Origin: Octopus vulgaris
Lineage: Eukaryota
Reading direction: 5' to 3'
Length of the DNA stretch: 64,000 bases
Assembly (NCBI GenBank): GCA_951406725.2
Contig: OX597830.1
Coordinates: 79,670,001-79,734,000 of the forward strand
Shown: piece after piece, positions 28,216 through 41,078 of the stretch
Layout: each line of letters opens with the position of its first letter
How positions within the stretch are numbered: the first letter of the stretch is position 1
The notes under the pieces: model-generated
What the model was told of the DNA's origin: nothing
The model's database searches: none
The model's input: the letters and a program-made list of their open reading frames with translations, nothing else
Position numbers and translations under genes: made by a program

Positions 28216-29689
28216 AAGATTGCTACAAAATTTAATTACAACACTGGACGTCAATAATGTGTTTGTGAATGTTTTTCATTCGGTCAGCCATTCATTTTGT
28301 TTGCAGGTTAACATTGTTTGCATGTTTTCCCTTTACAATAATTCATTATAAATTAATAAATATACTCTAAATTCATTCTAAATTAATAAAAACACTCTAA
28401 ATAAACTGAAGAAAAAAGACCAAATAGTGGAAACTCATTATTGCTTCTCTCTTAAATGAATTCATAAAACCTTTTCACATATTTAAAAAGCAAGAGAATT
28501 TCTAGTTCCAAGATACAAAGTTTGAGCAACATAGGAAAGTTGATGCTGATTTAAATATATACTGCATCTGATTTATGAAATTTATAAAGAAAATAAGAAG
28601 ACTAGTTACGAAACCTAGGAATGCTTGATGCATTTTTAAAGTAATGAGATACACCTTCTACTCACGTGAACTAAGTACAAGTTGCAAAGCCACATCAAGT
28701 GATGAATCCAAATGAACAGCAAATGAAAATTGAGGGATAAAATAGAAAAAACTAGAGACATTTTCTTATTTATCACTTTAAATGATGTATTTAACCAAAT
28801 GATCGTTTATTCGGAAACTGCTTGCTTTTTATCAAAACCTTCCAAAAACTGCTTGCTTCAAATCTCATCACTGACGATATAATCATTCGAATTATTAAGT
28901 TGAGATCTTTCTGTATGTAAAATGAAGTTATTTAAGGGGCTAATTTCGTAGATGAAATAAATTAATACATAAAAGGGGAGAGAGGGAGAGAGAGAGAAAA
29001 AGGAAAGCAAAGAATGGGTCAGATATAATTAAAACTGAACAATTGGTAGAAGTCTGTCCGCATGAAATATCCTGAAAGTAGACCTTTTGCAAAATCTAAA
29101 ACCTCTGAATGATATGGCTACATATGCTGCCACATTCTTATGAGAGTATTGTGATACACACACACACACAATGTTTTTTACAATATTGCCGATGTATTAT
29201 CCTTCACCAAACTTATGTAAAAATGGGCACATGCTCAAACAATGTGAGGGATGCCAAGAAGGGAGCGGGTAGGTGAGAGAAAGTATGAAAACAATAAGTG
29301 CATAAGACAACAACATGAAGACGGAAGTAGTGAGAGGAAGATGTTGTTGAAGGTCAAAAAAAAATCATTGATACTATGATTTAACATTTACCTGCATTAT
29401 AATGAGGGTGGAGCGAAATAAAGGCAGTATTCCGAAATTAGTGATCATATTTCTCTATTTCTATATGTATGAAATTCAGTAACCTGAGGTTCCGCTAAAC
29501 AAAGGATGCCTGTATAAAGGGCGTGAGGTATTTTAAGCACTTACTTGTGTCTATTAACTTACAAGATTAGGAAAGGTATTATGTTAGAAAATCAAGCATT
29601 TATTATTAGTCGTGACCCCTGGATTAATGGGATTGATATGAAGTTATTGAACCAAAAATCAAAAATTAGCGTGGGTGAGTCTGTGTGAT

Positions 29690-29960
29690 GGCACATGGCC
29701 AAACGGTTAGGGTGCTGCTCCCGTAATCGTCTGTTCGATTTCCAGGCCGGGTGGTGTGCTGGGTTTTTGAGCTAAACGCTTCATTTCACGTTGTTCTGCA
29801 ACCACTTAGACATCTCATTTGTGGCACACTAAGCACCTGTACAGGTGATGTCGATTTGATGGAGAAAGTGAGCTAATGCGCAGCACGAACACGTGATCAT
29901 AATTTTAAAAAATCATTTGTAGGTTGTTCAGAAAGGAAATACAGAACCGTCATTCTCGAA
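29690..29960 (+). mobile_element. Decayed tRNA-derived SINE
   Basis: A-box-like tggccaaacggttaggg and B-box-like gttcgatttcc, followed by a core-like ttgagctaaacgcttcatttcacgttg. Confidence 0.55.
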
Positions 29961-30007
29961 ATCGTGACTATAATTAAAAAATATTTGAAAGAAATCGTTT
30001 TTTGGTT

Positions 30008-30190
30008 TCGTAAAGTATACTAGCCATCTCAATATTGCTAACCACTAAGGGTGGGTGTTACTGTAGCTTTTAGCCCCAGGAGATCATCGTCTCCAACTGG
30101 CTTTAGGCAGACTTTCTGTGCCCTTTCTGTGCTACAGTAACACCCACCCTTAGTGGTTAGCCATATTAAGATGACTAGTATACTTTACGA
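30008..30190. repeat. Inverted repeat, 60-bp arms with a 63-nt spacer
   Basis: Arms at 30008-30067 and 30131-30190; the inner 31 bp are perfect. Confidence 0.9.
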
Positions 30191-30624
30191 TGTCGAGCAG
30201 TTACTGTTTACATCTCATTCAGAGATTTATTATTGTTTTTTGGTTTTTTATCCAGAAATCTGCTTTCCATTGTTCTCCAACAAGTATAAATACAAAGCAT
30301 TGGCGGGGGTCGGTCGTTTTCGCTTCCATAAGTTCTATGCCTATCGCTTTCTAGCAAGCACCTCTTCCTAACAGGCATACATGTTACCAAAGTGGCGAGA
30401 GCTTCATCATTGTCATTCTCCCTTTACCACCATTTAACAACCGACTACTACAGACAACCTTTGTATACCTAATCTAACGCGGAATTCAAAGGAAAATAAA
30501 TCTGGCACGCAAGAACTTTCATCACCATGTTGATTCTTATGGTTTATATTACACTGTCTCACGGAGTTTGAACACTCTAACAGTATCATAACCTGTTACA
30601 CACACTCATACACACACACACACG

Positions 30625-30850
30625 TCTTTGTGTCTATGTTTGTCCCCCACCACCACCGCTTGACAACCGGTGCTGATATGTTTATGTCCCCGTAAGTTAG
30701 CGGTTCGGCTGAAGAGGACGATAGAGTAAGTATCAGGCTTTAAACAATAAGTGCTAGTGCCGCTATATTTGACTGAAAGTTCTTCAAGGCAGTGCCCCAG
30801 CATGGCCTCAGTCTATTGACTGAAGCAAATAAAAAATAGAAAGTAAAAGA
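30625..30850 (+). mobile_element. 3' half of a SINE carrying the CR1-type tail
   Basis: aaggcagtgccccagcatggcctcagtc...ctgaagcaa...gtaaaaga matches 4429-4490. Confidence 0.75.
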
Positions 30851-30890
30851 ACAGATAGATAGACAGACAGACAGATAAACTGACAGATAT

Positions 30891-30943
<53 letters not shown>

Positions 30944-30946
<3 letters not shown>

Positions 30947-31452
30947 GTTTCTTTATTGGCCACACAGGGCTGCACACAGATGGGACAAGTTACAAGGTAG
31001 AGCTTTTCTTTTGGGGGATGAAGAGAACAAAAAACAAAAGAAAAAAAAAGGGGGTGGCGTAGGTTTTCGATCAAGAGGGATCGTAAAAGGGAAGAAAAGA
31101 ACAAAAACAAAAAAAAAATTGAATAAAATAAAAAGAAAAAAAAAAAAAAAAAGAAAAGGAAAAGGAACAAAAGGAAAGAGAAATGAAAAAAGAAGAAAAA
31201 AGGGGAAAAAAAGGGGAAGAGGAAAAAGAGAACGATCAATAGGGATCGTGTATCACAGTGTTATGATATATGGTGTAAAGGGAGAGCAAGTAAGGTTTAT
31301 CCGTGGGAAGAAAAGCCTACGAAAAAGACCACGGTAACCTTGGTCAATATTGTTATATGTTACCACATTTGTTTGCAAGTGGGTAACCCTCTGTTTTCAA
31401 TTTCTGGGTTCATAGGATTATGCTTAAGGTGGCTTCGTCATTCATACGTGCC

Positions 31453-31453
<1 letters not shown>
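30944..31453 (-). mobile_element. 3' end of a poly(A)-signal-bearing LINE (possibly Tx1-like) embedded in (GATA)n
   Basis: Minus strand reads ORF end MARMNDEATLSIIL*, a T-rich 3' UTR, AATAAA, then directly (TATC)n; (GATA)n on both sides. Confidence 0.5.
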
Positions 31454-31534
<81 letters not shown>

Positions 31535-32017
31535 CCTGAGTATCTCATCCTACTCCAGCAGCGTCGTCTGCGTTGGCTCGGTTACGTGCATCGAATACCG
31601 GACGGAAGGATTCGAAAACCTTCTGTACCGGGAATTGCCCACCGGCACAAGAGCACGAGAATGACTTCACCTTCGGTTCAAGGACGTCTTCAAGGGAGTT
31701 ATGAAGTCGCTTGATCTGGATGTCCTGAGATGAGAGGAGGTTGCAAATGATCGTCCATACTGAAGTAAATGTCGAAAAGGCCTCTGGAAGATTTTGTTCT
31801 GTGGTATGGCTCGGCAGGTGTCCCAGGGCACCACAGTCTGGGTCCAGTAGTCATATAGGCGAGGGGAAGTGTAACAGAAACTCGCAACCAAAGAAAAACG
31901 CACTCGACGGATGCCTACTCCTCCTCCCCTTCCACCACCTCCTCCGCCGCCGCCTCCTCTTCCCACTACTACTACTACTACTAGTACTACTACTATTGTT
32001 ACCACTTCTACTGCTAC

Positions 32018-32050
<33 letters not shown>

Positions 32051-32210
32051 ATAAAATTACATTATATATAAGGGCTTAGTAAAATAAATTACTTTGCCAC
32101 ATACAATTCGCCTAAAATGGTCCCTTTACATACTGAATACTTGGTGAAATTGATTAATAATTAATTAATTTTACCCTCAATTGTTGAAATACATATATAT
32201 ATATATATAT

Positions 32211-32280
<70 letters not shown>

Positions 32281-32886
32281 TTATATTTATATATAATAAC
32301 AACTGATGGATAAAGGTTCACTATAGCTGTTTGTAATGTGTTTTTATTGAGGAACAGAACTGTAACATCATGCAAAAGAAAAACCCGTTTTCATCAGGTG
32401 AAATGGGTCAAAATTAACAATTACAGTTTCTCATGAAAATTAACATAGGGTCATGTGACTCGACGATTCCAATGTCGATCATAGTGGGAAAGGACTGAGA
32501 TAGTATTAAGCTTATGGTTAGGAGATCGTTTCGTGACTGGAAAGAGAAAGAAAGAAGAAGAAAAGAGGAATACAGGAGAATAAAGGATGGAAGGATGAGA
32601 GAAAGACTAATGCGAGGGAGAAAAAGAAGATAATGCATTATCCTTCTATCCTTTGAAGCTTATAAATAAAATTATCTTAGTTTTAGTAGAGTTGAGAGAA
32701 GAACGAAGACGCACGCACATTTCGATAGATACCTTATATATTTGTTATATTTCTGTAACTTTTAATAATTTATAACCCTATTACCATTTATATTTCATAT
32801 GTATTGTAGAAAACTCATATATTTCATATTCTACATCACATACCAAATCGTATATTTCTAGAATAAATATGAATGTGTATATGTGT

Positions 32887-32980
32887 ATATCTCTATCTAG
32901 GGTCTGAAGAAGCGCTATAAAACTAAGCACTTCATGGACATGAAACCCAGAGTAACCCCATATAGCAGCCATATCTAAAT

Positions 32981-33051
<71 letters not shown>

Positions 33052-33468
33052 CGAGAGAGAGAGAGAGAGTGTGTGTGTCAACATAATGTGTGGATGGGAA
33101 TTACAGCACCGCTGTTTAGAACGCTAGTGTGTGTCCTTATATTTGTGAAGGGGAGGCAAGCACCCCCACCAGCCAAGATTCACACCTGAGGACATGGATG
33201 TATATAAATATATATATATACACGTGCACACACACAAATACACATACATATGTATATATATATCTTCTACACTCAATAAAACGTTGAAATAAAAGGATTA
33301 AATAGAAAGCTTTAAAAACACCTGAAACACGTAAATATGCCTGTTAGCTTATATACACTAACGCATCACACTATATCTCTATCTAGGGTCTGAAGAAGCG
33401 CTATAAAACTAAGCACTTCATGGACATGAAACCCAGAGTAACCCCATATAGCAGCCATATCTAAATTA

Positions 33469-33542
<74 letters not shown>

Positions 33543-33924
33543 CGAGAGAGAGAGAGAGAGAGTGAGTGTGTGTGTGGTTGTATACTGTCAACATAATGTG
33601 ACAGTCCCGGATGGGAATTACAGCACCGCTGTTTAGCCCTAGGAAGCATCGAACGCTTCCTGTCGGCTTTGACACATTTCCTGTGTCCTTATATTTGTGA
33701 AGGGGAGGCAAGCACCCCCACCAGCCAAGATTCACACCTGAGGACATGGATGTATATAAATATATATATATACACGTGCACACACACAAATACACATACA
33801 TATGTATATATATATCTTCTACACTCAACAAAACGTTGAAATAAAAGGATTAAATAGAAAGCTTTAAAAACACCTGAAACACGTAAATATGCCTGTTAGC
33901 TTATATACATTAACGCATCACACT
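32887..33924. repeat. Direct tandem duplication (~487 and ~551 bp copies)
   Basis: tatctctatctagggtctgaagaag...acgcatcacacta occurs twice; copy 1 has small internal deletions. Confidence 0.92.
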
Positions 33925-34597
33925 AACATATTGAGATATATCCGGCTTTATGTTTCCTCTGTTACAATTGTTATTGCATGTACTTGATGTGGCAGTAAGT
34001 CCATTCTCAAATGCTATTCATAATACATGTTAGTGGTAGCGGTTGAAGTAATATAAGAGGTGTTAGCAATAGCAGTAGTTGTGGTGGTGGCGGCGATACT
34101 CCTTGTTGTTTAGCTCCAGGTTAAACTTAAATCAAGTAGATCTATGATCAAAAGCATTCCAGCTATAATCATCTTTCCCCTTTTTAGGGTCATATCTAAC
34201 ACTATATTATCTACCTGTAATATGTACTTCTTTTTTGTTATAGATTGGGTATGATTTGGAAGAAATTTAGCTGCTATTTCTAGAGTCTCTCTTTTTAGCA
34301 TGAGTTGTCACTGTAGTTATCATTGTTGTTAGCTCATATCAAACCTATTTGAATAGAGCCGTGAGCAGAGGCAGTTCAGTCATGACCAGCCCATTCTTTA
34401 TAGAAATAGGAATATTCTTTTACTTTCATCAGTCATAGATCTGTGATCTTGCTGGGGTCTCTGCCTCAAAGAGTTTAGGTATTTGAATTGACTTCAGTGA
34501 TTATTTTAAAGTCAGATTCTTTTCCTGTTGGTTTCTTTTGCCAAAGTGCTATTTCATGGCGACAAAGACAATCCAATACTCATTGTCAAGCAGTGAT

Positions 34598-34639
<42 letters not shown>

Positions 34640-34671
34640 TATTCACCCACAGCAATGAGTGAATGATATTC

Positions 34672-34869
34672 TTAACCATTTAGCATTTAAACTGGCTGTA
34701 TCTGGTTGAAATATTCTACCTGCTTCATGTTAAAACTGGCAAGGTACGGCCTCTCACACCTGCTCTACAATGTCATTATAAAAATATACAAGTGCATCAA
34801 AATCTCCAAAACAATATTAATAAATAAGCATAACAGTTAATAAAATAATTTGAATGCCAAAGGGCTGAA
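34672..34869. mobile_element. piggyBac-like MITE
   Basis: Ends ttaaccatttagcatt and aatgccaaagggctgaa resemble decayed TTAA-CCCTTTAGCATT terminal inverted repeats. Confidence 0.55.
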
Positions 34870-35309
34870 AGACAATTTAGTATAATTAAACTTCCCTAAA
34901 AGTTCCAAATGAAGCGAGTCTAATACTAAAAAACAATCTTTAAACATTTTGCATGGAAAAAAATCTTTTGAGGTAAATATATTGATGACTTGGAGAGAGA
35001 ATAAGGGTGAAATTCGTATTTAAGCATATCTCATTTATTTCCGAAAAAGCAATTAGTATGATTTAATTTTAATGAAGAGGAATCTAATACAGAATATCGT
35101 TTCAAATTGGTACAGTCATTAAGAAAAAAGTAAAGAAGTAAAAAGTGCTCAGACTTGAGGGTGAACTATAGCTATGCCTTTTTCTCTATTTATAGACAAG
35201 CAGACTGTGAATGATACTTTTAAGGTTAATATACTTTTCACAATTACTTCTATGAACTCTACCTAATTCAGTTTTCTACCAAATTATATGTAGTTAAGTT
35301 CATTATATG

Positions 35310-35377
<68 letters not shown>

Positions 35378-35659
35378 CAGATGTATACAAAACAATTCAG
35401 AAGGATCTGAGTAAAGTAGTTTTGGGTTCATCATCATCATCATTTAACATCCATGTTCCATGCTGGCATGAGTTGGTTATGGTAATTAGACAGAACATAA
35501 GAAGTAGAAAGTTTACATTCTCAGGTATAATGACTCAACAATAGATAATGCACATTTCTATGTATTAATCATTTCAAGCAGTTATATTTTATATATGTAC
35601 AAGTGAATTAATCATATTAATAACATCTCTCCTTCTTGCGTTATCTCCCACATCACTTT

Positions 35660-36088
35660 CCCAGTTTTCAGAGTTGGCACTATAAATGTAGGCACATTGA
35701 AAAGCCGGTCTAGCGAGATTGCAGAGGTGCTTGAACAGAGACGTGTTGATGTATGTTGCGTACAAGAGTTAAGATAGAGAGGAGATTCAGCCAGTCCTCA
35801 CAGGCAAAGAACATAGGTATAAACTCTTCTGGAAAGGTAATAGTGACTGAATAAGGGATGTAGGCATACTTCTTGCAGAAACATAGGTGGATAAGGCCGT
35901 AGATGTAGCGAGGGTGTACGAGAGAATACTTAAACTCAGACTAGTCTTGCAGGATGGTATAGCTACAATTATCTCCGCCTATCCCCACAAGCGGGCCTAC
36001 CAAATGAACAGAATTATCTCTTTTATGATATTCTTCTGCATGCTACCTCAAAGACGAATGATATTGATCTCATCTTTGTAGCTGGAGA
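35660..36088 (+). mobile_element. RTE-clade APE endonuclease fragment (5'-clipped copies begin each later array unit)
   Basis: FRVGTINVGTLKSRSSEIAEVLEQRRVDVCCVQE...IISAY...LIFVAG(D)FN, with stops and frameshifts. Confidence 0.8.
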
Positions 36089-36612
36089 ATTTAATGTTAA
36101 CGGTTCCTCATGAAGATAATATGGACGCCGCACGGGCTCGAAAATTTAACTGTTATGTAAACCTCCTCGAGGAATGTGAAGACGCAGGCTGGAAAGCGGA
36201 ACATTTTCCAATCGAAGTTGGATGTAGAGGGTTCGTTGGACACAGTGTGAGACGACTGTTGTTATCGCTAGGCCTAACCCATCGTAAACTCAATACCACC
36301 ATGACCGATATCCAATCTACAGTGGAGAAGACTAGCCATTGGATTTGGTTAAAAATAGACGATGAGCGATGGCTAAAAGGATATTGAGCTTAATTTGATA
36401 ACCAGCTGATCTAGCAATTGGGGCTTCATATCAGTGAGGTGGGGGGGGGGGCTCATTGATTACGTCGAGAAGTAGGCCCCGAAACGGCGTGCATTCTCTC
36501 CTGATGACCCCACACACTTGCTGGCTTCCGGTATACAGAGCTTTTGACTGGTAGCACTTGCATGTGCAAGTTGTTTGCAAGACATGTGTGGGTGATTATC
36601 ACTGTTTGCATA
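36089..36612 (+). mobile_element. 3' end of a HERO-like RLE non-LTR element; copies with ORFs at 43367, 50710, 61381
   Basis: LTVPHEDNMDAARARK..Y..L.EECEDAGWKAEHFPIEVGCRGF...EKTSHWIWLK, then a 3' UTR ending at (TATG)n. Confidence 0.8.
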
Positions 36613-37649
36613 TGTGTATGTATGTATGTATGTATGTATGTTTTCATGCAAGCATGTATGTATGTATGTATGTGTGTATGTATGTATGTATGTATGTATG
36701 TATGTATGTATGTATGTATATATGTAAATTATTTTGACATTTTGAAAAAGAACGTCTGAATCATATTTTGTTTAAATGTAGGAATACAAACATATAAAAT
36801 GAATTTCGAAAATGTTCAAAAGTGAAGATTTTGTGGTGTAGTTGTATGAAAAGTTAATAAAAACAATATTGTTTTTAAAATATCGGAATAGTGTCGAAAC
36901 TACAGGGAGAAACTATAAATTATAGATTTTTAAAAGGAATTGATTAACATTCCTAAGAGTTCACAGATAACGAAGCATGTGTTACATCATTTCTGCAAAA
37001 GTTCGAAAGCATTTGATCAGGGATCAGAAAATTAGCCAAAGGTTTGAGGATAAACAAAATAATCATAAAACAGATACATACGATTGCCAACTTTCAAGTC
37101 ACTTCATCAAAGCCAAACTGTTCAATTCAGTTTCTTTAAGTAGAATGATGCGGTCTTAACCTCACACCCACACATTCAATAGTGAAGCGCATTGAAGTAT
37201 AACAGAGGTCATACTGATTATAAAGAAAAACGGTAACCTTAAACCGAAAGTCAAATCTATTTATCAGGAGGCCGTGACAGCTGCAATTTGCCACTCCTAT
37301 ATAAGATCATACAATGCATTCTAATCGTGACAAAACTTAAGAATACACTAACATGACAGGTCAAATGACAAAATTTGTATACTTACGTAATCCAATATAC
37401 ATTCATGTAGACATCCATCCGTACATCCATCCATTCATCCGTTCATATATACATACATACATATATACATACATACACACATACATACATATATACATGC
37501 ATACACACATACATAAACACATGCTTATATACATAGATACATAAATTTATGGATACATATGCATATATAAATACATGAATGCATACGTATATATATATAT
37601 ACGTACATGCTTATATACATACATACATGCATACATACAGACATACATG

Positions 37650-38900
37650 CATAATCTTTTAACCACCAAATGTCTAAGTGCATCTCTTGACCAGGTTTGC
37701 ATATATGAGGCTAAGATCATAAGACTTGGAAAGCGGCTCCTTGAGCAGCATTTCTTGTCTGATAAGCTTAAATACATATCAAAAAAGCCGCACGACTCTA
37801 CCACGGTATGTCATCAGATGAAAAGATGAGCGCATATCAGCAGAAGCCCATGCATGTATATGTGAGTAGGAAGCACCGAGATAATAGTAACATTTGTCAC
37901 TAAAGCAGTCTATTATAGACCAGCAACCAGATTCCTACTTCCCACCTTCACTTGAAGGGTATGCGGTTGCAATCCAGGGATATGAAATATCAAACAAATA
38001 TACGATGCACAAAAGAAGAGAGATACATGAAAAGCAGTAATATATGACAACCTATGCAGTTGTTCGAAAATGTCATCACAGTATTAGCTACCGATGAGAT
38101 ATGATGTAGTAGCTAGGACATTGTATATAACGAGTTCCGTCGGAAGCATAAACCCGAGAACAAAGAAGAACCCACGGTATGGTAGACTCCATATCCATTT
38201 ATAATAAAAAGGAGTACTGGTGAAATGCTCCTCTGGAAACCTCAATAAATTATAAACATATTATACGTGGTATAATCATTTGGGATAGAGAAGAGAGACT
38301 GTGTATAGTTGTGGAAATCAACTCCCCTGCAGATGTTAACATAAAGCCGAAGAGAAGCGAAAGAGAAAATACGCTGAAAAATAAAATACCTACGCAAAAT
38401 CTGCAGTTACTCTAATCAGATTACAAGTTCGTGTTTATACCTGTAATTATTAGGGCACTAGTATATGTAACACAATGCGTAAATACCAGTCTTGAGTAAT
38501 TGGACTTCTCAAACTCAGAAAGAAGAAAGCTAATTCGAAGACTACAGATCCAAGCAATCAATGGAACTCTAAATATCTTATAAAATTTTCCAGAGGCTTA
38601 TAGTTTAAGTATATATGAGTATGACTAGATATGCAAGTATATGCATTGGAATACATACATAAAACAAAAAATATCTTATAAAATTTTCCAGAGGCTTATC
38701 ATTTAAGTATATATGAGTATGTCTAGATATGCAAGTATAAGCATTGGAATACATACATAAAACAAAACATAAAAATTTGCACATACACAAATATTTGATT
38801 TATATTTTTGAAATTCAAATGAAGAAGAATTGGTTCTGGGTTAGAATCCGGCTCCTCTATTGTCACGAAAGCTTGAAATAAAACTGAATAAAACTGAATA
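37650..38900 (+). mobile_element. Decayed R4/Dong-like RLE region and 3' UTR, with a 98-bp tandem duplication (38571-38767); present in every unit
   Basis: EGYAVAIQ, IIIWDREERLCIVVEI.SPADVNI, FVFIPVIIRAL, KLIRRLQIQAINGTL. Confidence 0.75.
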
Positions 38901-39169
38901 CTGGCGAACATACATAAATGCTTACATACATACATAAATAGATATATATGCATACACACATGCATAGATACATACATACATACATACATACATACATACA
39001 TACATACATACATACACAAAAGACACAAATCTGTACGTATACATATATACATACACACAAACATATCCTGTTGTTGATGCTAAAATTACAATGAAAGAGC
39101 CTTGGATTTTTGTTAGGAAACCGGCCCTTTCTCTTTTGGCAAGAAATCTTGAAATAAAACTGAATAAAA

Positions 39170-39715
39170 ACATACGTACATTCTCAAAGGCTACAGAGCT
39201 GCAGTTTGGCCAGAATAAATGTTGCTACATGATTGTGAAATGAGGGATGCTGTAAGCAAGACTAGCAAAATTTCCAACACTGACTTAACTGTTTCCTCTA
39301 TATCTGATGAGGGATGTTACAGGCACCAAGGGGTGGAAGAGAACATATCATACAATGACACATGTAACAACAAATCATGTGTCATTAAAGAATGTTATAA
39401 TCGAATAAAAAACATTTGGACCCAGAATTCTGCATTCAGAAAAAAAAAACAGTGACTCAAAATGTATTTGCTGTGCCAATACACATACCAACATTTAGGC
39501 TGGTTGGACGCTCGATGAGATCCGAACTATTGATGTGAAAACCCCAAACATGCTAACCAGCAGACACAAGTTCCACACCAACAGTGACGTACAACGCCAA
39601 TACCTAAAACGAAAACAAGGCAGCAGAGGTTTAATATCAATCCAGACTGCCTTTCAATGTCGTATCCCTTCGGCAACATTATTTAAGTGCCAAGTGTCGA
39701 CGTGCATCCTCTGAG
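39170..39715 (+). mobile_element. Decayed R4/Dong-like RT C-terminal fragment; present in units 1-3
   Basis: FSKATELQFGQNKC, YRHQGVEEN, KFHTNSDVQRQYLKRKQGSRGLISI. Confidence 0.75.
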
Positions 39716-39962
39716 TCATCAAAGGAGTACTTTGGTGATATTTTTGAGCAGCTGCTAATCTTACGAACGAAATGTTGCGCAGAAACACGGCATAATAAAC
39801 AATTTCTTGCAGCTTCAAGAGATCACTATCTCTTTTGTTTGTTAGGTATTTTATTGCAACTTCATTTTCTTGGATTGCAAACGCATTGTCGTTGTATTGT
39901 GATGTGTTGTAGTGGTCAAGATTGCAACAGATGTTTCATGTCCATAGGATTATCTTCCTTCA

Positions 39963-40095
39963 GACGGCGAGCTGGCAGAATCGTTAGCACTTCGAGCAAA
40001 ATACTTAACGGTATTTCGTCCGTGTCTACGCTCTGAGTAGAAAATCCTCTGATGTCGACTTTACCTTTCTTGGCTTCATAAAATAAATACCAGTT
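39963..40095 (+). mobile_element. tRNA-derived SINE (copies at ~47221 and ~54600)
   Basis: ggcgagctggcagaatcgttagcac...ggtatttcgtc...gtcgacttt; the same family occurs at 24993-25203. Confidence 0.7.
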
Positions 40096-40985
40096 TATAA
40101 TGTTTTTTTATTAAGTCTAGCTGGTGTTTTTTCGTTGTTTTTAGTAGAGATACCTCCCAATCCAGACAATACGAACACTCTCACTACAAATCCCTATAAT
40201 TAAAATACCGTTAATTATCTTTCTCTCTGCTGCTCATCTCAGTCATCCTCGACAAGATCGACAGCGATAAAATGTGCTTTGGACCACATCTTAATAATGT
40301 GCTTATGAGTGTGTGTGTGTGTGTATGCTTGTATGCATGTATGTGGTTATGAGTGCATATATTTATGTATGGATGTAAATATGTGTCTGTATGCATGTAC
40401 GTATTTCTTTTTCTCTTTTTAAATTAGAGTAATTTAGGCCTGAGCAACTACATTTTTTTCTTTATTGCCCTTGTGGCTAAACAAGGACTGGCAAAGGGAT
40501 AGAGTTGATTACATCAACCCCAGTGCGTAACTGGTACTTATTCAATCGACTTATTCCTCCTTCAAGTGTTTTATGCTATCCTCCGTCCTCGACCTGACCT
40601 TCCATCCCTGATAGGGATATTGCTACGAGTTTAATGCTCCTTCAAAATCAAGGAGTGATTGCAAACCAATGAACTACTGATGATTATATTGTAGCTGTAC
40701 TTGCTGCATTATTGTTCAAGCGTTTGTTAATTAACAGAAATGTCACTGGAGAGTCAAGTTTCCGGAAAACTGTATTTGTGCATTGCGTCTCTAGCAGTTT
40801 TATTCTGCAAATTATGCTTGCTGTAATTTTTAATTGATACTTTTTCTACCCTAATTTGAATTATGCTAGTCTTGAGTAATTGCGATGTAACCAAAGAACA
40901 CATTGTAATTTAAACTTCTCCAGGAATATTAATTTAAGCAAAAGGATAGATAAAAGCAAAATTTTGCAATTCATTGCACTCCTCC

Positions 40986-41078
<93 letters not shown>

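Noticed and set aside
28666-28761. Possible first coding exon MSLVFSILSLNFHLLFIWIHHLMWLCNLYLVH followed by GTGAGT (minus, phase 0)
   Set aside because: Hydrophobic short ORFs arise easily in T-rich DNA; no clear signal-peptide cleavage motif or paralog support. A similar weak candidate ends at the donor near 29392.
36465-36515. GAAAC ... CTGATGA in the HERO-like 3' UTR as a permuted hammerhead
   Set aside because: Stem II strands (cccc/cccc) cannot pair, and there is no valid stem I or III.
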